DNA of 63,628 bases, counting the filler, from Octopus bimaculoides (taxonomy: Eukaryota), in the NCBI RefSeq assembly GCF_001194135.2. It is 8 parts of 8 records of this genome, joined end to end, with 100 filler letters (N's around TTAATTAATTAA, not from the genome) between each part and the next. Parts side by side here need not be neighbours in the genome. Positions count along the whole stretch, not along the records: positions 58,740 to 62,412 come from NC_068986.1; positions 62,513 to 63,628 come from NC_069007.1; 6 more parts are not named here. One strand, 5' to 3'. This document shows, piece after piece, positions 61,818 through 63,628 of this stretch. Both the position numbers and the translations under genes were made by a program. The notes beneath the pieces were generated by a model. The model was given only the letters and a program-made list of their open reading frames with translations, ran no database searches and had not been told where the DNA came from. Each line of letters starts with the position of its first letter. Position 1 is the stretch's first letter.

Positions 61818-62594
61818 GTTATTATGGAATGAGAGGGCAGAACACGTCATCAAAATAACGTTGGTGTACAAATATATGAATCCCCATATATCCGTCATCA
61901 CTATATGTCTGATTAGGATACATCAGGCACATGCATCACAACCAGATGTGCGTGACATGGTGATCCCATATCAAGATAAATAGCGCATGACGTTGCAGAA
62001 GGGGACCCAGTTAGAATTTTCTTCAGGTCGAGTAGCCCATCCGGCTCAAAAGGTCCCTGAATAAGAGTTGTTTAAGGATGTTGAATGAAATACCCATGTT
62101 TCCAGGGATGAATTATTCAAACCTCAAAGAATTCTTCTCAACACATGGCTATGATGCTCCCCACTAATCCTGCTCCTAATCAGAGATATCGCCACATGAC
62201 ACTTCCAGTCAGTTGAGATGATATGTATACATACGTATATGTATGTATATATATATGTGTGTATATATATATACATATATATATACATATATATACATAT
62301 ATATATATATACATATATATATACATATATATACATATATATATATATACATATATACATATATATATACATATATACATGTATACATATATACATATAT
62401 ATACATATATATNNNNNNNNNNNNNNNNNNNNNNNNNNNNNNNNNNNNNNNNNNNNTTAATTAATTAANNNNNNNNNNNNNNNNNNNNNNNNNNNNNNNN
62501 NNNNNNNNNNNNAATAAGCCCGAATTTTATTTATTTTTCATGTTTAGTGCTGTTTTTTTCATGGTTTCGTGTTTTGGGCAGCAGAAATTAATAA

Positions 62595-63048
62595 AGGCGG
62601 TGAGCTGGCAGAATCGTTAGCACGCCGGGCGAAATGCTTCGCGGTATTTCGTCTGCCGCTACGTTCTGAGTTCAAATTCCGCCGAGGTTGAATTTGCCTT
62701 TCATCCTTTCGGGGTCGATAAATGAATACCAGTTATTCTCTGGGGTCGATGTAATCAACTTAAATCGTTTGTCTGTCCTTGTTTGTCCCCTCTGTGTTTA
62801 GCCCCTTGTGGGTAATAAAGAAATAAGAGCCGTTAGCACGCCGGGCGAAATGTTTAGCGGTATTTCGTCTGTTTTTACGTTCTGAGTTCAAATTCCGCCG
62901 AGGTTGAATTTGCCTTTCATCCTTTCGGGGTCTATTAAATAAGTACCAATTACGCACTGGGATCGATATAATCGACTTATTCCGTTTGTCTGTCCTTGTT
63001 TGTCCCATCTGTGTGTAGCTCCTTGTGGGCAGTAAAGAAATAAGAAAT
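62595..63048 (+). mobile_element. Two tandem SINE family B copies (62595-62826 full; 62829-63048 5'-truncated)
   Basis: GGCGGTGAGCTGGCAGAATCGTTAGCACGCCGGGCG...; the second copy starts at CGTTAGCACGCCGGGCG. Confidence 0.93.
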
Positions 63049-63119
63049 CAATAATCATGAACGAAAAAATTTATTCCAAATATAAAGAAATACAAAAAAT
63101 AGAAAGATGTTTTATTTTT

Positions 63120-63335
63120 TACTTGTTTGAGTCATTGGACTGCGGCCATGCTGGGGCTGTACCTTGAAGAGCTTAGTCGAACAAATCGACTCCAGTACTT
63201 AGATATTTAAGTCTGGTGCCTTTTCTATCGGATGTCTTTTTACCGAACAGCTAAGTCATGGGAACGGAACGTAAACAAACCAACAACAGTTGTCAAGGCG
63301 TAGTGGGGGATAAAGACACCGGACACACAGAGATA
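63120..63335 (-). mobile_element. SINE module C
   Basis: GAGTCATTGGACTGCGGCCATGCTGGGG...GGTTGTCAAG-like end. Confidence 0.8.
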
Positions 63336-63359
63336 CACACCCTCCCACGCACACATATG

Positions 63360-63452
63360 GGGCAGGCGTGGTTGTGTGGTAAGAAGTTTGCTTCGCAACC
63401 ACATAGTTTCGGGTTCAGCCCCACTGAGTGCCTTCTAGTATAGCCTCGTGCC
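63360..63452 (+). mobile_element. SINE family A 5' part
   Basis: GCAGGCGTGGTTGTGTGGTAAGAAGTTTGC...GGGTTCAGCCCCACTG. Confidence 0.85.
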
Positions 63453-63628
63453 TTAAGACGATGTCCCAGCATTGCCGCAGTCCAATGACTGTGAAAGATA
63501 AAAGGAGGGTGCTGAATGTCAGGGGGAATAATTAGTTTATGAGGGTCCCAAATTTGGATATATGACCGGAAGTGATTTTCCGGGTCATTTGGTTTTTCGA
63601 AACACACACACACACACACACACACACA

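Noticed and set aside
292-62468. Long ORFs made of YIYI, VCVC, THTH, ERER, poly-I/L/H/P/Q/N, or X
   Set aside because: They are translations of di- and trinucleotide microsatellites or N gaps, not genes.

Overview
AT-rich, repeat-saturated eukaryotic genomic DNA from a gapped draft assembly. It has many N runs, and seven gaps carry an artificial TTAATTAATTAA six-frame-stop spacer. The SINE families and microsatellite load suggest a cephalopod, most likely Octopus; this is inference from recall, not a database hit. I cannot support any intact host protein-coding exon, true tRNA/rRNA gene or CRISPR array. Almost all supplied ORFs are translations of microsatellites, N gaps or transposon relics. 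Supported content: dozens of SINE copies (four to five families); a Penelope-like retroelement (YLDD RT, GIY-YIG and a minimal hammerhead ribozyme); R4/Dong, CR1-like, RTE and Tx1/L1-like LINE fragments; many mariner/Tc1/pogo relics and MITEs; several tandem repeats. The most interesting signals are: (1) four to five dispersed type I hammerhead ribozyme motifs, mostly not attached to a recognisable element; (2) a ~760 bp CpG-free block beside a SINE copy with six CpG transitions; (3) two overlapping antisense stop-free frames of 103 and 118 codons at 45.3-45.8 kb; (4) an intact-looking Tx1/L1-like ORF1 5' end; (5) closely spaced inverted SINE pairs that could be dsRNA/ADAR substrates. Repeat boundaries are read by eye and approximate (about 10-30 bp). 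I found no convincing new multi-gene system.
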